DNA of 64,000 nt from Octopus bimaculoides (Eukaryota): positions 156,615,590-156,679,589 of the forward strand of contig NC_068981.1 of NCBI RefSeq assembly GCF_001194135.2. Direction: 5' to 3'. This document shows positions 49,969 to 63,644 of this stretch, in pieces. A program made the position numbers and the translations under genes. The notes below the pieces were generated by a model. That model was not told where the DNA came from and ran no database searches. It saw only the letters and a program-made list of their open reading frames with translations. Numbering within the stretch: position 1 is the first letter of the stretch; the number at the start of each line of letters is the position of its first letter.

Positions 49969-52900
49969 TTGGTTGTATAAATAATGGTACTTGAGTTTCG
50001 TCTCCAACTGTTTCTAGTTAAAATACGTCAAGGTAGACTTTGTTGCTCATCCCTCTGTGGTTGGTAAAAATGTTTGGCGAGAACGATTTATTGTCTTTGT
50101 TTCTGCCAACTATAAATTTGTGGCTATGTATTAATATAAGAAGCTATTACTTGTACATTATAAACCATAATAATAGATCGATATAAAACATCATAACCAT
50201 TAGTTATCTTTCTGATTCGTTACGAAATGCATTCAAATCGATAAAATATTAGTTAAAAATGATAGACTAAGATGATAAAAGGGTTATGTTATTAAGTATT
50301 TTGTCAGAAGTAGTAACTCGTTTTAATAAATTCTATGCAGTATTTCTGAATTGTTTAACCAAGGTGGTGGTGTTAAATAAATTGACGGATTAAGCCTTGA
50401 ACAAAGAACAGGAAATGTCCCTCTGACGGACTTCCACACAGTTTTCTTTTGTCAAATTTCACTCATAACGCTTTGGACTACCTGAGGCTGCAATAGAAAA
50501 CACTAGCTCAAGGTGCCACGCTGCATGATTGAACTCTAAACTACGTTGTTGCAAAATGAACTTATTAACAACACAGCTATGCTTGCACACATCTCATTAA
50601 TTTTATCACTCTTTGTTCTGAATTCAAATTCACTTAAGGATTTTATTTTTCATCTTTTCTAGGTCTATAAAATAGTACCATACCCTTTCCCTACCGAAGT
50701 CATCCCTGTACTGATATTAAAAAAAAACATTGTTACTAATAATACCTTTATCTCTCATCCAATATCAGCTTGAATCTACGCTGCTCAAATTTGACCGCTC
50801 CCATTGGAATTGTTATTACCAATGCCACATTTTGCTTATGCGATCTCACATATCTAAAATAGTAATTATTATTATATATTTAACAATCAGGGCATTATAT
50901 TTCTTTGTCATGAAATCTTGTAAAGATGAAATCAACCTGTTATCTTTTTAAGGTTGTTAAAATAAGGACTTGTGTCATTCAGGGATAAGCGACAGTTAAC
51001 AAAATGGCGAATCAATAACATCGAATTGAGGATACTTATAACCATTCGCAAAAATCTCTTTGTCGATTAGCGAGGGAAGCTTTATGCATTTGGTCCAATT
51101 GTCAACGTAGTAGTGAAATATCTTCCCAACTTACTCTCTATTAACTATATGCGTCAATCTGAAAATATGAAATATACTTGTCCTGTATTACATATATGAC
51201 GTACAGAGTCTTTATACTGTGTTTGAAGTCAGTGTATGAATGCTTTTAATACTTATCAGAAACTTGTTATATCGAATCTCATCTTTGATAGACCAAAATA
51301 TGTGATTGTTATCTAACAGCAACTTTTCTATTGTCTGATTTCGGGTTTAGATTGTTTAATTTAATTACGAAAGAGCGTCGGATTTTCCAAGATTAAATAG
51401 GATAGTGATTGTAGAAAATAGAACTAATTTTAGCCAATCTTGTTGAAATAAAATAACAGCGTTTTGTTATTCACCCGACCTTCACTTGGTTAATAAAAAG
51501 AAAATTACGCTCATAATCGGTCACAATTCCAGTTGATACATGTTCAGAATTTCTATTCATATTTATATTATCCACAGAGATTCATGCGGCTGCTTTATAT
51601 GCACCACAGCTTCATCTATTATAGTATCTATTTTACCTTATTCTATTTTCAGCTTTTAAGTAATTATTGATTTGCTTTTATTCTCTTTCGACTGTGATTT
51701 ACTCTCCTCTCATCAAAATATGTCGTTTAATCATGATGATTGCTTGGGTAATACGGTTTACATCTTTCATTTGCAATATCTTCACATTCCAGTATTAACA
51801 AAATGTCTTTTCGTCATGATGCATTAATCATAATGTAATTAAAAGCAAGAAGCAATGTTGCCCGAGAGAAATCTAAAGATCCATCTGTCAGTGATAAAAC
51901 AGCTAAACATATTTAACTGAGTGTATGTTTGTTTCAACTTGTAGGCCATAAGTGGTTTGAATTTTGTATAGGACACATCTTTTGAAGGAAAAAGTCGTAG
52001 CTTATGTGATATTTTCAAGTACTTTGTACAAATCCAAAGAAGGTTGAGTGCTGATGTTAGTTACTAATAGTATTTTCAAGGATTGTAGGACGATAAATTT
52101 GTATATAGCGTTTGAATGCCTTCCAAAGGGTTGGGATTTTTTTGGCCATCACCTACGTTATGCTGTGTCACTGAGAAAGAAACACACATAAGTAAGTATC
52201 ATAAAAGGATAGAGATATGTAAGAGCATGGGAGAATTAACTGGGGTTTGTTCGTCTTTACTGTTTGAACTCAGTCACTCCATGTCTATCCACGTAAAGGA
52301 ACTCAAGATCAACATAAAACTGACAACCGAAAATCAGTTGATAAGAGGGCAAATAAATATAATTATTCAGTGGACGAACAAAAGTGCTTGTCTACCTTAC
52401 AATAATTAACAGATAAGCTCAAAAGATCTTAAATAAATTGAATATGTGACTTCAAAATATAGAAACCGTAAGAAATTTCTTTACACCTTGCACGTACTAA
52501 TTAATATGAATCAACCTTGCGTAATTGTTTTTATATTATAGGAAAGCCCTTAAATCATAGGGTATGTTCGACCCGAAATCTTAAATACACTACGTAATTA
52601 AGAAAGATAAGAAAGTAGACAGCTGGAACACTTTGATTATGCGTCTGCTCGGTCAGAGATGACCTAAACCAAAACACCGCCATCATCATCTTCATCATAG
52701 TCGTCGTCATCATCATCATCTTCATCATAGTCGTCGTCATCATCATCATCATCATCAACAACAACAACAACATCATCAACAACAACGTAGCTCTATTGTT
52801 GTCAGTTGAAGTTTCTTCAACTGGATATAAATCCATTCTTCTTCAGGTTATGCGCATGAAAAGCATTGAGCTCTCAAGCGTTAAGCGTCAAGTTTACAAA

Positions 52901-53062
52901 GTATTCCTTAATTATAAAGATTTTTTGTTGTTGTTGTTCACTTATAAACTGTACATCTGTACGGTACTTATTTATATAGTTACGGCGATTCAGTTAACTC
53001 AAAGCCAAATAAACTTGCCAAGAATACAAATGCAGCATTGTAACGGTCTCGGCAAGGTGTAA

Positions 53063-53117
53063 TGTGTATAGAGGTATGTGTATAGAGGTATGTGTATAGA
53101 GGTATGTGTATAGAGGT
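53063..53117. repeat. 14-bp minisatellite (TGTGTATAGAGGTA) x4
   Basis: Directly visible. Confidence 0.9.
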
Positions 53118-53469
53118 GTAATGTATTTATAGAGGTAAGAAAATCTCTCTCTCACTTTTCCTCACGCACACACATACACAGACAAATAAAAACGTGTTAT
53201 CTGTTTGTTGTGCTACTGGCATGAAATTAGAAATAAGAGGTGGGATATAGATTTCTTAGATAATCAACTCCTGTACATGTTTGACAATTATTTTATCGAA
53301 CAAAGAAGGATGAAAAGCGCAGTCTGGTAGGGCAGCGTACAGAAAGACAAAAGAAGTAGCCACAACAATGGTCACTCATTCTTTTGAGATCGCAACCAAA
53401 TCTTAAACACGTCTGGCTATCTTAAAAGTAGGACACATGGAAAGTCATCCTACTGTTTGGTGACTGAAA

Positions 53470-54430
53470 TTTCAGATGGGATCCAATTCTAATACATTCT
53501 AGTTGTAGTTCTTCCTACTTTATGATTTCTGAAACACGGAGTTGTGTTTCCCCTTCTTAGACATTCTTAATAGCAAGAAATTCACTACTGGAATCGACAT
53601 ATACTTTAAACTCACCGACTCACGAGAATATCTCCTCTTCACATCATGTTACTCAAGCATGCACGAAATGACATCCCATTTAGCCTAGCCAGACGATTAT
53701 GCACAATTGTATCAAATCTTGAGACAAGAGACCGAAGATTAAACGCAGTGTAAGCAATACATATAAGAAAATATCCCATGAAACTGATTGTATATACTAT
53801 TCAGAAAGCCAAACAAATTGACATTCAAGAACTCCGAAAAACAAAACCCAAGAAAGAAAAGATACTATCCCATTTATTTCAACTTTTAATCCAAGAAACA
53901 CCAAATTGTTCACCAACATATATTTATACCTACCAATACTACTACAGGACCAAAAAATGAAAAGAGTCTAGGAAAGCATCTATGTATAAAAAACAAAAGG
54001 CAAACAAAATCACTAAAAGTGATATTGACCAATGCGAAGCTACATACTCAAACGGCTGATTTTAGAATAAGAGTCGGCCAAACTGTGGAGTGTGTAGCTA
54101 CTTACTGGAAGGTCCTGAACTTCACTTGAAAGAGAACCCTACCTTTAAAATTAGAAACAACTTTTGCAATTCGGACTAACTAATCTACGTTTTAAACTGT
54201 AAAGGTTATAATAATTAAAACAAAAAAATGACAGTACACCGACAACAAACCGGAGAACGATACACAAGAAAAATACCACTGTGTGAACATATAGATAAAT
54301 GTGGGCGAACGGTCTTACCCAACTATTCTGTCCCCCTTTCCTACCAGTGCAGCGATTCAATGACGGAACAGCAAAGAAGCAATAACAAAATTTTATTAAC
54401 AAATACGAACTAAAACTCAATACATTATGT
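53470..54430 (+). mobile_element. Penelope-like element 3' part (RT thumb plus GIY-YIG)
   Basis: PFLDI..IDIYFKLTDSREYLLFTSC..IPFSLARRLCTIVS; CGVC; LIYVLNC; MTVHRQQ..PLCEHIDKC; KYELKLN*. Confidence 0.85.
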
Positions 54431-55854
54431 TTTAGTTTGCTCACAACACTGACTATATATGCAGAGTGCCTCCAATCGGTTACACTAATGCAAATTCTCA
54501 CTATGATAACTAAGGTGTATGGAATACCAATAGCTACTCCGACCGGAAAGAAGCAGAAATATCGCTGCCAATATGTTTATATTAATGTCCTTGTGGACGA
54601 TTTTGCGATTATATATAAGGTGACAGCCTTTCTCTTCTGTATGTATAACTGGAAGCATGTATGTATATATGTGTATGGTATGTATGTATATATAGATATA
54701 TGTGTGTATGTATATATTGTATATATTGTTATTCTGTGGGTGTATATATGTGTGTATTTATGGTATGTATATATTTATAGGTATATGTACGTGTGTGTGT
54801 GTGTGTATATGTATACATATAAATATGTATGTGTATATGTATGTATGTGTGTATGTAAATGTATATATCTGAGTAATTCCCTCTAAATACGCATATGAAC
54901 CAAAACAGAATTACAAACATGTGCGATTTAATTTAATCATTTAGCTACACATGGTTGTAAATATGGAAAAAAGATGGAAAAATTACATAAAACTTCAGAG
55001 CGGAAATCAGCGAAATCGGACCCAGGTTAGTTAAATATGACATTTTTTAGCCGCAAAACTAAAAAATATACATACTAAAACCCTTTTCTGTACAAAACCT
55101 CGTTCCCTTCCATCTTTCTAACTTTTATTATATATATTGATATAAATTATATACGCCAAACTCACCTTAAGAATACGTATACCAATATAAATTCAGTTGA
55201 ACTGTTAGCATTTATTCTCTGAAAACGTATCTTTATATTTATATTTTTTATACAGGTAAACACATGAAATAAAATTACACACACATATACACACACACAC
55301 ACGAACACACACGAACACACACGAACACACACATATATATATCTTTAAAATTTGTTTCTGGGAAACCTTTTGAATATGCAAATAAAGCTAATATTCTGTT
55401 ATGCTGATATAATGTAGGATAAATATAATAACAGTAACAATAATCCTTGGATGGAATTTATAAGCATTTAATGCATCGCTACACGCGTTTCCAAAAATCA
55501 CATGTCTCTTGAGATCACAGTCCATATTCCTGGGATGATTACAATGCATTCCGTAGTATCGGTGGGCACGGGTTGATCATCTTCATGGATTAATTTCTTC
55601 AGGTAATATAACATTAATGGATGTACAACAGAGGGATACTTATCCTTTTTGACCAGTATGAAGGTTGAGTGAGTTATGTAGGTATTTCTCAGTGTATTCG
55701 GTGGGGGAGGGGAAGGTGATGGAAAGAGAGGAAGGAATGGTAGTTATATGAGGATGGAGGTGTGTGTGGTGTTGGACTTATTTTTCTATTCATTCAGCAG
55801 ATGATAAGGATGAGTCGTACATTCTTTTGTTTGATCTCATTTACAGCATGACTA

Positions 55855-57208
55855 TCTATATATATAAAAATGAGAATGTGTGTCTGTCTGTCTGTCTGTC
55901 TGTCTGTGTGAATCCCTAAAACTCGAGAACTACGTAACCAATTTCATTCAAATTTTACAGATGCCTTACTTAGGGTTCCAGTTGTGTTTTAGTCAAAAAA
56001 AATTTTAACTTCTTGCAGAGTTCGAGCCCACAGCAACATAATATCTCCTCCACTATTTAAGTATTACGTGTCAAAAGTGAAACAAAAACACTCATGTCAA
56101 ATACTTTCACTTTAAAAATGAAACTATTCTACTAACTGAAACAATCACATTTCGATACTGTAATGACAGATACTTTCAGAGAGNNNNNNNNNNNNNNNNN
56201 NNNNNNNNNNNNNNNNNNNNNNNNNNNNNNNNNNNNNNNNNNNNNNNNNNNNNNNNNNNNNNNNNNNNNNNNNNNNNNNNNNNNNNNNNNNNNNNNNNNN
56301 NNNNNNNNNNNNNNNNNNNNNNNNNNNNNNNNNNNNNNNNNNNNNNNNNNNNNNNNNNNNNNNNNNNNNNNNNNNNNNNNNNNNNNNNNNNNNNNNNNNN
56401 NNNNNNNNNNNNNNNNNNNNNNNNNNNNNNNNNNNNNNNNNNNNNNNNNNNNNNNNNNNNNNNNNNNNNNNNNNNNNNNNNNNNNNNNNNNNNNNNNNNN
56501 NNNNNNNNNNNNNNNNNNNNNNNNNNNNNNNNNNNNNNNNNNNNNNNNNNNNNNNNNNNNNNNNNNNNNNNNNNNNNNNNNNNNNNNNNNNNNNNNNNNN
56601 NNNNNNNNNNNNNNNNNNNNNNNNNNNNNNNNNNNNNNNNNNNNNNNNNNNNNNNNNNNNNNNNNNNNNNNNNNNNNNNNNNNNNNNNNNNNNNNNNNNN
56701 NNNNNNNNNNNNNNNNNNNNNNNNNNNNNNNNNNNNNNNNNNNNNNNNNNNNNNNNNNNNNNNNNNNNNNNNNNNNNNNNNNNNNNNNNNNNNNNNNNNN
56801 NNNNNNNNNNNNNNNNNNNNNTGTAAGACTACCCTTTCAGATATACTTTCATTGTGATTTCTGCAATGTGGTACATAAATTGTCAAGTAAATTAGACGCA
56901 TCTTTGCCTCCACTGATTCACTTGCAAAGTGTTGAGTAAAATCATTTCGTTGCAGACCTCCTTTGAGTCTTTTTATTATCACTGCGACACACATAGTCCC
57001 CAGTTGGTAACATTGATTTCAAGGCCCTCCTAGATGAGAGATTGGCATTCCACTTAATGTCTATGTTCCATGCTGGCATGGATTGGAGAGTTATTAATGT
57101 AGAAATATGGTATCGTAGCTACTAACAATTGAGGGTTGCGTAGTCTAGACGGCGTTTTTAGATTTCATTATTCTCTTTAACCCGGGCAAAGCCGGGTATT
57201 TATGCTAG
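55855..57208 (+). mobile_element. Non-autonomous Helitron-type (DINE-1/HINE-like) element spanning a gap
   Basis: 5' A|TCTATATATATAAAAATGAGAATG..(GTCT)n; 3' hairpin CCCGG-GCAAAG-CCGGG then CTAG|T. Linkage of the two ends across the 638-N gap is inferred. Confidence 0.7.
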
Positions 57209-57324
57209 TCTTCAATAAATTCTGCAGTCAACAGTTTATTGACTGAATTTGCTTTGTTTGTTTATTTGTTTGCGTTCCTTCCTTGTTCTATAATGTGTTA
57301 TTTCGTTTCAAATTTTTTTTTTCA

Positions 57325-58905
57325 AATTCCAGAAAGGATGTTTTGTTTCTATGTTTACATGATACGATCACATCAGAATGCCTATTTATCACATTTTACC
57401 TGGATACGATGATTTCCAAGGTATCTTCTAGGCATAAGTTGCATACCTGAGATGTTCCTTTGTATGATGCAGCATTTTTTATAATGGTCTAGTGGTTCGA
57501 ATGCTCCATTCTATTTTGTTTGAGCCTCCAGACGAGGTTCGATAGAGAGGTGGAGTACCTTTTATTTATATTGAAAAATGATGTGAGATGGTTACGCAGA
57601 TGATATTTCATGGTGTCTCCGGTGCCATCAATGTACACATATTTCTGCGTACATGCCTTCACCTCACATTTGTAAACTACGTTCCTTATCATACAGTTGT
57701 TAAATCTGCATTCCTCTTTACGTCTGAAGTTACACATGATATTTTTCCCCGTTCTCTCTGCAGATTTACTATTGGTGGTCCTTTTTCTTCTTCCTCCTGT
57801 AATCGTGTACTCATTTTCCTTATCTATGGATTGGACCTTTAACTGTGTGGCGTTGATTGGGCCCGTTTTTGCTATTGATGAGCTTTTATTACTCCTACTT
57901 GCAACCATTCCATCGTCGTATGCAGTGCTATTAGCTGCAGTTGCTTCCTATTTCCCCTCTAGTCTTATTCTATTTAGTTTTGAGTTATTTAGTTTGTGTA
58001 TGTGGTATTCTAAATTATGTCTGTTGGTGACTTTATGATATTCAGAAGATCTTGGGAACTGCGTATCTAATGTTAAGAAAAAATCCCGGCCTATTTTTGA
58101 TTTCACTTGCGAATTGAAGATTGGGTTAAACCATATAATTTCATCAGTTATTTTCCATTTCTTTTAATATATCTATTGGGTTTGTTAGAGTATCCTACTG
58201 GTTTGTTATCGTTATTGTTATCGGCGTTTAACGGTGTGATTCTTTCTATCTTTGGCTATAGTTTTGTAGTTCTGTTTTATAGCTATCCCTTATAGTGTTA
58301 TGGTTTTTTAAAAATATATTTCCCTTTTTGTCCCTATTATATTTACTATTTTTCTAGGATCTGGTATTCTGTGGTTATTTATATGATTATCTGCACTATT
58401 AATAATGCCATCTAGGTATCGTGCCTTCTCTGTTTTATTCTGTATATATACTATTCTATCCTTATATCCCGCTCTAGCCAATGCTGAGTTGTAATAGTTG
58501 ACATGTATATAGAATGTCTGTACATCGATAGATAGCCTGGATATTCTATTACCCACGTGTCATGGGATGCTTCGCAGTATTTATTCCGGGTGGTTAAATC
58601 CTCGGCTCACATATTTTAAGTTCTCATTCAGCTTATGGAACGGTTCGAACTTACCAATAATGAGGCTATGTTTTACGTTTAGGAATTTTATCACTTCCAA
58701 TCCAAAGTTCTTAAATAATTTTAAAAGTTTTTTCTTGCATCTTTGTATTTCTACGTTGCTACTTTTTTGTATACTGAACAATGCGTCGTCCCTGTATAAT
58801 CCTCCCCCTATGCTCAGCAACACTTAATCTATTTGCGATAATAAGTACACACCTACTATATCCGTGACTTGGGCAGAGTCGTTTAGGCCCCGTTGTTATG
58901 TCGAA
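57325..58905 (-). mobile_element. Penelope-like element (RT C-terminal half plus GIY-YIG), decayed
   Basis: FDITTG..SAQVTDIVGVYLL, GLYRDDAL, NHP, NRISRLS..YNSALARAGY, VVYKCEV..YIDGTG..RNHLTSF..STSLSNLVWRLK, CNLCLE..CKHRNK. Confidence 0.9.
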
Positions 58906-58940
58906 TGAATCAATCCTGTCTGATCGAGTCCGGAACTTAC

Positions 58941-59005
58941 CTCTGTATTCTATCATACAAAAATACTAAGAATGAAAGACATATGGTGAGCACATTGTAT
59001 TGCAG
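58941..59005 (-). CDS. Candidate coding exon of an unidentified membrane protein (speculative)
   Basis: Acceptor GCTTCCAG, consensus donor AG|GTAAGT, 65 nt, open frame LQYNVLTICLSFLVFLYDRIQ(R). Confidence 0.2.
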
Positions 59006-60195
59006 CTGGAAGCATTAATTCTCACAGATACTGCCACAGCATGTATAATCACTTTCAAGCAAATAGGCATATCTACAATGCCTCCAAAATACTACTATAA
59101 CAACCATTTAAAAACTTTTATCCTTCTACTCAATCAAAACAAATTCAACCCACTCTTAACACAAAAACATAAGTAGCATCAAAGACTCCTTGATTCTAAA
59201 CTTTGCGCTGGGATGCACAACGTCAATCGTAAGTGCCGGGAAACGGCAAAAAAGCAACACAGCAACTATCACACTTTATAAGATTCCACCTTGAGCATCT
59301 CAGTTGTTGCTATAATCAGAATCTGCAAGAGCGCATGGCCTACAACTAAGCAGTCTTGGTATATCTGAAACAGTAGATCTATGGAAAACACCTTAATATT
59401 GCTTGACTACTTATGCGCAATAGATCAACTCGATTACAGTTGAGTCGGAGATACACAACAATAACAGAGAGACTAAAGCGCCAACACCTCAACGTATCAC
59501 TTTACTTAACTCTTTGCTTCCACTCGTGAAATTTAAAATAGAATAAAATAAAAGGCAAAAACAATAACAAAATGACACCTAGCAAAGTATTGCAACAAGA
59601 TAAAAGCCATTTGAGCTGCTAGAAGTTATAAAAGCACATTCACTTGTAGATTTGACAAAGATAAACAATGAACGCTCGCCAGCTTCTTCATTTGAATCAT
59701 GCGCACGCGCGCACTCTCTAACACACACTAAAACAAACTACGGCCTTTCCTTGAGATCGGATCGCTAGGCGTTCATGTAGTCACGAGCACATATAAATAA
59801 CTTCTCAATCTTCTCACACTTGACCCCGTGGGATATCAAAGATGTAAGAGATGGAGAGAGAAAAAATGGAGTTCTGCAGAAGTACTGGGGTGGTATAGAT
59901 CCCGAAAAGACGATAGCCTTTTGGTTATTGTTGCAATATTCATAAAAGTTTCATACCATATGAACTCAAGTAAATTCCGTATTTCGTATTGCGAAGTGAA
60001 AATCAAGCTCCAGCAGTGATGGACAACAGCAACAAATTTTATCCCTTTCAAACAACATCTTGTTATAAAGAAGAAAGAACATTTAGAATTCCGTGGGTTT
60101 TATATATATTTATGTTTGAAAATAGGAAGTAACGATTATGGATGCAATGTTTTTTCTTATCATAGATCGGCTTATCTGGTGCAAAAATACCAACA

Positions 60196-60428
60196 CAGTA
60201 ATCCCTCGACTATCGCGTGTGTTACGTTCCGAAACCCTCTGCGATACGTAAAAATCCGCGAAGTAGAAACAGTACTGTGTATATTCTTTTTAACATTTTT
60301 ATAATTTGTATATATTTATTTTATTATAAATGCAAAACAACACCATAGAAGAATCGACGTAAGCTTAAGTAATAAACCGCGATAGGTGAACTGCGACAGG
60401 TGAACCGCGATATGGTGATGGATTACTG
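60196..60428. mobile_element. Tigger-derived MITE (233 bp)
   Basis: Ends CAGTAATCCCTCGACTATCGCG and CGCGATATGGTGATGGATTACTG-TA, typical Tigger TIRs. Confidence 0.85.
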
Positions 60429-62389
60429 TATAGAGAATTTACTTCTAGCACTTCCGTACTCCTATTAGATCCCAGAAATTAAGAATTAAAATTTTTGGTC
60501 TACAGTCATTTTGAGGCTTGCAAAAGGGAAATACTGAGTTTGCAGTTTTAGAAAATAGAGCAACTTATCAAAAAGCGTCCCCACCTCTTCTGTAATCGAA
60601 ATCTATGGATTTGCTTAACATGTTCCGCGAGGTAAGAAGTATTTTAGAAAGATGAGGGGATTAATTCATTAACAATTATAGAAGCCAATTGTAAAATAGT
60701 TAATTGGGTTATCATTATCGATTAACAGTTTCACCTGAATATCCTTTGTAATCTCTTTTGTACTAGTTGTATCTTTTGTAGTAGCTATCGTGACGTAAAA
60801 TGTAAGCTTGCTCCGAACTCTGACTTCCACACAATTTCGACTCTTGATTTAAGCCATTTCAATTCATTTATTTACACTACTATTAGCTTCTGTTTTCGAT
60901 TTCTAGCTGAACGTATGCCACTTTATCTCCACTGCTACATTCCTTGAAGTTGACAATTATATTTCTTTGTTGTAATTTTGTGTGATTGTTGCTGAACTAA
61001 GAAGCGATATTTCTTACTCTAAGGTACAGAGAACAAAGAAAACCGAATAGCGATACGAGAGAGTCCAAGATAACTGAGTCGGCGGTCGACTAAGACTCGA
61101 ATCACTTGGATGACCGATACAAGAAACACCTGGATAACTGAGACATCAGATTATGTAGTTTGACAGCATTTCGCTTCAATAGCAGTGTCGTAGTGGGAGA
61201 AGGTGAAGGAGCGGTACGCCTCAGGCTACGCATTTATGGGCGCGGCACTTTTGGGACACCTGAGGTAAGGACGCAGAGGGGGCGGGGGAGGAAGAATACT
61301 CAAGGGCTGCCCGGATGGTACATACTCAAGATACGCTACTGCTCGACATCTTAACTCTTCGGATTTAGTACTTTTATCCTTTTCCAAGAAACATGCGTCA
61401 AACAAAGGAAAAGAGAGGATCACTAGCTGTCTGCTTACTTGATTTCTCGAGTACTTATATCTGCCTCTAATCTAGTGCTCTCACTTAAATAATTTCCTAT
61501 TCAGACACACATTTATATAATATACAACTGAAATTTATAGCGCTTGTCTTTGTTCGATGGTGGAATGAATTAGTCTCATTCAGAAATCGAAACTCGCAGA
61601 CTGTTGCTTGATTTCATTTTAATACATAAAAATATTAAAAATAAAATAAAAGAATAGTTTCTAACATTGGGTCGAAACCTCAAATTTAGAGAAGTGGAAG
61701 TGGAGTATACTTAATTTAATCGGTCCTAGGACTTGATTAGTACTTATTTTAACAATTGTGGAAGGGTGAAAACTCAAGTCAGATTCGATGGGGTTTGAAC
61801 TCAGAATGAAATGAAATGCGAATGGGTGTGAATGTGAGTTGAGATGATGAAATAGCTGACTTTCGAAAATAGATAAATAAATTAAAAGAAAGAAAAAGAA
61901 AACGACGGAAAATCTAAAATAAAATACATGTATAAGTAAATAAAAACAAAACGCATAATAGATTTATAGCTGTCCGGCAATAAAGTATCTTCTCTCAAGG
62001 TCGTTCTTTTGCGACGCGAGGATTTGATACTTTTACAAGTGATAAGATGATAAGCTGCTCAATGAAATAAGGCCAACTGTTTGATCTAACGCAATCGTTT
62101 ACCAGTATTACATCTTACTCGAATATTCTCTTCTTTACCACTTCCTCTGTTATAAATTCATTTATTTATTTATTTTGTAGCCAGTTTCGTTTACGGATAT
62201 TTCTTCTGTGTCATATTACACTATGATGGTAAAGCTCTCGTTTCCCAACAAGTGTCGAAATGGTTGTGGTCTTTAGCAGTGATATGCTGCTTGATTATTG
62301 CATGGGCAAGTAGTGAAGGTAGATGCCTAAAACTTGAGATGAAACAGAGATCCGAAAGGAGTTGAAGTAGAGTCCCGACAATTGGTTAA

Positions 62390-62438
<49 letters not shown>

Positions 62439-62486
62439 ACGTCCATGTGCGCATGGCTGGATTGTAAAAATTAATTCAAATGTCTA

Positions 62487-62688
62487 GGCGCAGAAGTGGC
62501 TGTGTGGCAAGTAGCTTGCTTACCAACCACATGGTTCTGAGTTCAGTCCCACTGCGTGGTACNNNNNNNNNNNNNNNNNNNNNNNNNNNNNNNNNNNNNN
62601 NNNNNNNNNNNNNNNNNNNNNNNNNNNNNNNNNNNNNNNNNNNNNNNNNNNNNNNNNNNNNNNNNNNNNNNNNNNNNNNNNNNNNNNN

Positions 62689-62735
<47 letters not shown>

Positions 62736-62957
62736 ATATGTTTGTGTCTGTTTTTGTCCCCCCAACATCGCTTGACAACCGATGGTGGTGTGTTTACGTC
62801 CCGTAACTTAGCGGTTCGGCAAAAAGAGACCGATAGAATAAGTACTAGGCATCCAAAGAATAAGTCCTGGGGTCGATTTGCTCGACTAAAGGCGGTGCTC
62901 CAGCATGGCCGCAGTCAAATGACTGAAACAAGTAAAAGAGTAAAGAGTAAAAGAGTA
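62487..62957 (+). mobile_element. SINE family A, near-consensus copy (internal gap)
   Basis: Head GGCGCAGAAGTGGCTGTGTGG..GTTCAGTCCC, internal (TA)n(TG)n, tail ending in (AAAGAGT)n. Confidence 0.92.
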
Positions 62958-63599
62958 TTATGAGCGTGAGCGTTAACTATTCAATCATACATCAATTACA
63001 ATTAAAAAAACAACAAAAACACTTTAACAGACGATACAACGAAGTAATTGGAATCCAAAACCATTGAAATTCACTTCATTACATTTCAAACATATACCAA
63101 TTGAAACCCTTTCATGTCCAAGATAGTCTCTTGTCACCACAACATACAACAAGATATGTGTGTATATAAATGTTTATAATTAAGTATCTAAGTCTTCTCC
63201 TATGTATAACTGCAACAAAAACATATATAAGCAATTACATCTTCAATAGAACTCTTTTATTTATTTAAATTAACTGATATAAAAAAAAAATATTAACTAA
63301 ATTCAGTAATAATCATCTTCCATATTTATTATTTTCTCGGAGGGATAATTCCGTAGTAGATATGTATAGAAACCTAATAAAAAATTTTTTTCCTTGTTTA
63401 CTTAGTTTATCGTAGGGAGAATTCCGTAATAAGTGTTAATATATAAGAGTTTCAATTGGTATGTGTTTGAAACGTAATGAAGTGAATTTCGATGGTTGTG
63501 GATTCCACTTACTTGGTTGTATCGTCCGTTAAAGTGTTTTTGTTGTTTGTTTTAACTGTAATTGATGTATGATTGAAGAGTTAACGCTCACGCTCATAA
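62958..63599. mobile_element. Fold-back MITE with ~150-bp TIRs and TA TSD
   Basis: 62958-63110 is the reverse complement of 63446-63599 (TTATGAGCGTGAGCGTTAAC...); TA on both sides. Confidence 0.92.
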
Positions 63600-63644
63600 T
63601 ACATAGAAATTTGAATTAATTTTTACAATCCAGCCGCCCTTTCA

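Noticed and set aside
52081-52191. Plus-strand exon candidate with GTAAGT donor
   Set aside because: The only long frame ends in a stop at the donor, and the peptide shows no homology.
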